Part shown: piece after piece, positions 60,737 to 64,000 of the stretch
How positions within the stretch are numbered: the stretch's first letter is position 1
Layout of the letters: every line of letters begins with the position of its first letter
From: Thermofilaceae archaeon
Lineage (GTDB): Archaea > Thermoproteota > Thermoprotei > Thermofilales > Thermofilaceae
Reading direction: 5' to 3'
Assembly (NCBI GenBank): GCA_038861545.1
Contig: JAWCCZ010000001.1
Span: forward strand, 352,001 to 416,000
DNA length: 64,000 nucleotides
Notes under the pieces: model-generated
Databases searched by the model: none
Told to the model about the DNA's origin: nothing
Seen by the model: the letters and a program-made list of their open reading frames with translations, nothing else
Position numbers and translations under genes: made by a program

Positions 60737-63562
60737 TTAAGCTGACTTTATGCGCGATTTTTTCCACTCTACGTAATGCAGTAGATCGTCCCGCAGTGAG
60801 GTTAGGAAATCTTTAACGCAAGCTTTGTGATCAACCGTCCACTCTCCGGTCGAGGAGTAGGCTACGGCTTTTACCGTTTCCCCGGGATCCCTTGGCAGGT
60901 AAATACGAGTCAGGTAAACAGCCGCTCTCTCAGACCTAAAGCTAACAACCGCTTCTATCTCGCTCACATGTTGATCTTGCTTTTTCACACGTACGTCCAG
61001 GTATATCGGACCCCAGCCGATTGGAGGAGGCCTGTTGCAAAGCGATTTAACATACTCAGCGAAGAGGTCTTCGTCCCCAGTTATGCGAAGCGGTATACTG
61101 GTCTCAGCCATATCCTCCATCAAATTAACTTCAGCTTTCTTCCTTAGCATTAACCGGCTAGGTACAACCCTTAAAGCCGCTTCTCTAGCCGGGATTAAGC
61201 TACCCACGAGGGAAGGGATTACAGCTACTAAGATACTAGTAACCATAGGACTGAAAACGTGCGGTTTAAGCTGCACAACTTTCGCCGGAATTGATACTTG
61301 GAGGAATTCTCCCAACAGGTAGCCAACAACTCCCCCAAGCACACCGTAGCTTAAACCTTCGACGATAACCATAGCCGAAATCATACCAGGGCTAGCGCCT
61401 AGAGCACTGGCTGTCGAATACTCCCTTCTCCTTTCATGCATGGAGCCCAGCAGCGATACAGCTACGGTTAAGGAAGCTATAGCGACAACCACGGTGAACT
61501 CAGGTATCCCTGCTAACTGCTGGAATTCGCCGACGATTAACATGCATTGGGTTACACTACCGTCCCCTGAGCAGACGCGGTAGGACTCGTAGACATAAGT
61601 TGTCACCTGAGCCCCTCCCACTGCAGACATGTTCCCGCTCCATACGTAGCTCATCCTCACAAGCCTCTCGGCAGCTTCCGGAGGCGGTGTACCGACTAAG
61701 ATAACCCTGTACACTTGAGACCCCTCGGGGGCGAGATCCATATCACCTAGCAGAACGTACCCGCCGACTTCATCTAATTGAACGCCGTCAACCAACTTTG
61801 GGATAGACAACGCGTTAAACACGTCGAGAACGGGAACGGTTTTCCCATTCACTTTGATAATATCTCCCTTGTTGAACCCAAGTCTTCTAGCTAACTCCTC
61901 CGAGACAGCAACCCCCTCAAGATCAGAAGCGTTTGCCGTAACCATTGCCGCGAATAGCTTAGAGCCCCCATATTCCACCACAACCCTGCCTACAGCTACA
62001 GTGTAGAGCCCTTCAACCCAGTCCAGGCTTGCCAGCCATTTAATCTCGGCTTCTGTAAATGGAGTATACTTTTCCTCGATTATGACTTCGTTAGCTTGAT
62101 CCATTCCTCTAAATATAATCCTCTGAATAGTAGCATGACGGCTAAAACTTAACCCTTTGAACTCAGAGGTATGGCTTTCTTCCCTGATTACTGTGTTTGT
62201 CCCTATAGCTAGGAAAGCACTTGCAACCGCTGTAACAACAGCTATGGTTAAAATTGTCAGTATAGATCTTAACTTTCTACTCTTCATGCTTTTAACCGAG
62301 TACCAGAAGAAGTCGCTGACCGCTGTTCCTTTCGCTGAAAGCACAACCATTGATACGACTGCGAGCGATAAAGCAGCCGTGAAAATAGAGAGAGTCATCG
62401 TGGAGGGAGACGCGGCTCTTAACACGTCAGGGTTAAGGAATTGCAAAGCCATTCGAGCGTAGGGTAGAAGTGCCACTTCAAGCACAGTTAAACTAGCAAA
62501 AGCCATTAAACTTGTAGCTCCCTTTCTTCTCTCTACGAGTTGGCCAATTATCGAGGAAAGGAAGAACGTGAAAGTTAATAAAAACAAGAAAGCCGGTACG
62601 CTGTCGCTTTTTATCTGGCTTAGAGTGTCTAGAGCAGAGCCAGCTTTTGAAAGGCTTTTGGCTAAAAGCTCGTTAGCAACTCCGAGCTCCCCGAGTTTCA
62701 AAGCGTCCTCGCTTTGTTTTAAAAGCTCTACAGCGAATTCGAGATCACTAGTATAAGCCCTTGCATCGAAGCCTGCTTTGGATAACAGGTTTTCTTCGTA
62801 AGTTATATGCCTTTCAAGTCCTTCTCGGACGCTTTTAATAGTTAAGTAAGCAAGGCTGACGTTCCCATCATCGCATGAAATACTGCATGTTAACCCCAAC
62901 CCTCTATCGAAATCCCTCCAGGCAATACCGTAGGTTGATACTCTACCCAGTAGCTTGCCTACAGCGGCAGAAGCATCAATCGTTAGTGGTACTTGTATGG
63001 AAGATGAAACCGGAAGCACAAGAGGGTAATAGTAGTAACCCTCCATTTCTACTAATCTTAGACCGTACCGCCATCGGCTTATAGTGGATAGCCCGACACC
63101 TTCGATTGTTTCATTAACATTTATTAGAAGTAAACAAGCTTTCCCCACCTCGATTTCAAGGTTAAAGCCCTCAGCCGTGCTAGCTGGTATCACGTTTAAG
63201 ATAGCCGAAAAAGATCCGAGCCCTGTAAGGGTATACGTGATCTCGTTGCTAGATCTGAAGGTTACCCACTCACCACTCCAGATCGCCTCGTTAACTCCTT
63301 TGGCGCGTAGCGCTACAAAATTACCGTCAAAGCGCACGGCCAAAATGGTGCTACTCCCTACACCATCGATACTGCATAGGCCATTACTCAGCTTACAAGA
63401 GACCTCGTAGCGGTTTCCTTTTTCATCTAGAGTTAGATAAAGAGTAGAGTTCAGAGCCCCCTTTTCACCAGTTACCTTTACTAGGAGAACCTCCGGTGCA
63501 GCGGCTACAATTACGGACGCCCACACAGCTATTATAAATGCCGAAGCGGGTTTACATGCCAT
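60737..63562 (-). CDS. Giant FtsX/MacB-type permease (941 aa)
   Basis: Signal peptide, ectodomain, TM bundle, SRKLRSILTIL, ERRREYSTASALGASPG FtsX motif, VVPSR, C-terminal extension. Confidence 0.8.
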   Translation of the reverse strand: MACKPASAFIIAVWASVIVAAAPEVLLVKVTGEKGALNSTLYLTLDEKGNRYEVSCKLSNGLCSIDGVGSSTILAVRFDGNFVALRAKGVNEAIWSGEWVTFRSSNEITYTLTGLGSFSAILNVIPASTAEGFNLEIEVGKACLLLINVNETIEGVGLSTISRWRYGLRLVEMEGYYYYPLVLPVSSSIQVPLTIDASAAVGKLLGRVSTYGIAWRDFDRGLGLTCSISCDDGNVSLAYLTIKSVREGLERHITYEENLLSKAGFDARAYTSDLEFAVELLKQSEDALKLGELGVANELLAKSLSKAGSALDTLSQIKSDSVPAFLFLLTFTFFLSSIIGQLVERRKGATSLMAFASLTVLEVALLPYARMALQFLNPDVLRAASPSTMTLSIFTAALSLAVVSMVVLSAKGTAVSDFFWYSVKSMKSRKLRSILTILTIAVVTAVASAFLAIGTNTVIREESHTSEFKGLSFSRHATIQRIIFRGMDQANEVIIEEKYTPFTEAEIKWLASLDWVEGLYTVAVGRVVVEYGGSKLFAAMVTANASDLEGVAVSEELARRLGFNKGDIIKVNGKTVPVLDVFNALSIPKLVDGVQLDEVGGYVLLGDMDLAPEGSQVYRVILVGTPPPEAAERLVRMSYVWSGNMSAVGGAQVTTYVYESYRVCSGDGSVTQCMLIVGEFQQLAGIPEFTVVVAIASLTVAVSLLGSMHERRREYSTASALGASPGMISAMVIVEGLSYGVLGGVVGYLLGEFLQVSIPAKVVQLKPHVFSPMVTSILVAVIPSLVGSLIPAREAALRVVPSRLMLRKKAEVNLMEDMAETSIPLRITGDEDLFAEYVKSLCNRPPPIGWGPIYLDVRVKKQDQHVSEIEAVVSFRSERAAVYLTRIYLPRDPGETVKAVAYSSTGEWTVDHKACVKDFLTSLRDDLLHYVEWKKSRIKSA

Positions 63563-63677
63563 TATAATTCACAAGCCTACTAAGGGGTTCTCAGGTTAAT
63601 AACATTACCCATTCAATTAAATATCTTCTGAACAATGTTACCTTAATACCTTTATGCAGCGGGGTAGAGTGCGCCTG

Positions 63678-64000
63678 TTAATTGCTCCCCCAGTCTTCTC
63701 CGTTGGTTAAGTACAAGTCGCTTAGCCTCGCGATTAGTAACTTCTTAGAACGCGATCGGCTCCTCGTTTTAATACTTACACTAAAGGGCATTTCCAAATC
63801 CTTGGGGGTGTACTCCAAGCAGCCCGTCGTTATGTATCCACCGTTTGCCTCGACGTAGAGTCGCACACATTTACCCTCAACTAAAAAGTACCTTATGCCA
63901 CCATTCGACACCCAAGCCAAAGCCCCCTCCTTTTCGAAAACGCGTGCATTTTCAGTAAAAGGTCCTACGATAGCTTTTAATCCCTCAGACCTGCTAGCTT
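63678..64000 (-). CDS. 5'-truncated hypothetical protein
   Basis: Frame stays open from the window end (ASRSEGLKAIVGPFTENARVFEKEGALAWVSNGG...) to stop at 63678. Confidence 0.6.
   Translation of the reverse strand, partial: ASRSEGLKAIVGPFTENARVFEKEGALAWVSNGGIRYFLVEGKCVRLYVEANGGYITTGCLEYTPKDLEMPFSVSIKTRSRSRSKKLLIARLSDLYLTNGEDWGSN

Noticed and set aside
1-64000. CRISPR arrays, tRNA/rRNA genes, transposases
   Set aside because: No regularly spaced repeats, no T-loop/cloverleaf or rRNA-like tracts and no transposase motifs seen by eye; intergenic gaps are short

Overview
Gene-dense archaeal chromosomal window. Gene content (xerA, pantoate kinase, gyaR, ECF transporters), TATA-like boxes about 25-30 nt before start codons and a box C/D sRNA suggest a heterotrophic Thermoproteota, probably Thermofilaceae-like; this is inference, not a database result. 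The first 22 kb is mixed housekeeping, peptide and cofactor metabolism. From 22 to 36 kb there is a sugar-catabolic region (GHL10-like, GH3, GH106-like, xylulokinase, Rpe, ribokinase). From 37.8 to 63.6 kb lies the most interesting feature, an apparent multi-component membrane system. It has three giant FtsX/MacB-type permeases, one carrying an M28-peptidase-fold ectodomain that has lost its metal ligands. It also has two OPT/DUF6785-like polytopic proteins, C-terminally anchored surface proteins, a GT-C-like membrane protein and a GH3, with no cognate ABC ATPase in the window. Features missed by the ORF track include a box C/D guide RNA with a covarying K-turn (10795-10861, minus), a 48-aa membrane peptide followed by a long G-U-containing hairpin, several operator-like palindromes, four genes broken by single-base indels in base runs and one decayed ADP-ribosylglycohydrolase pseudogene. 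No tRNA, rRNA, CRISPR array or transposase was seen.
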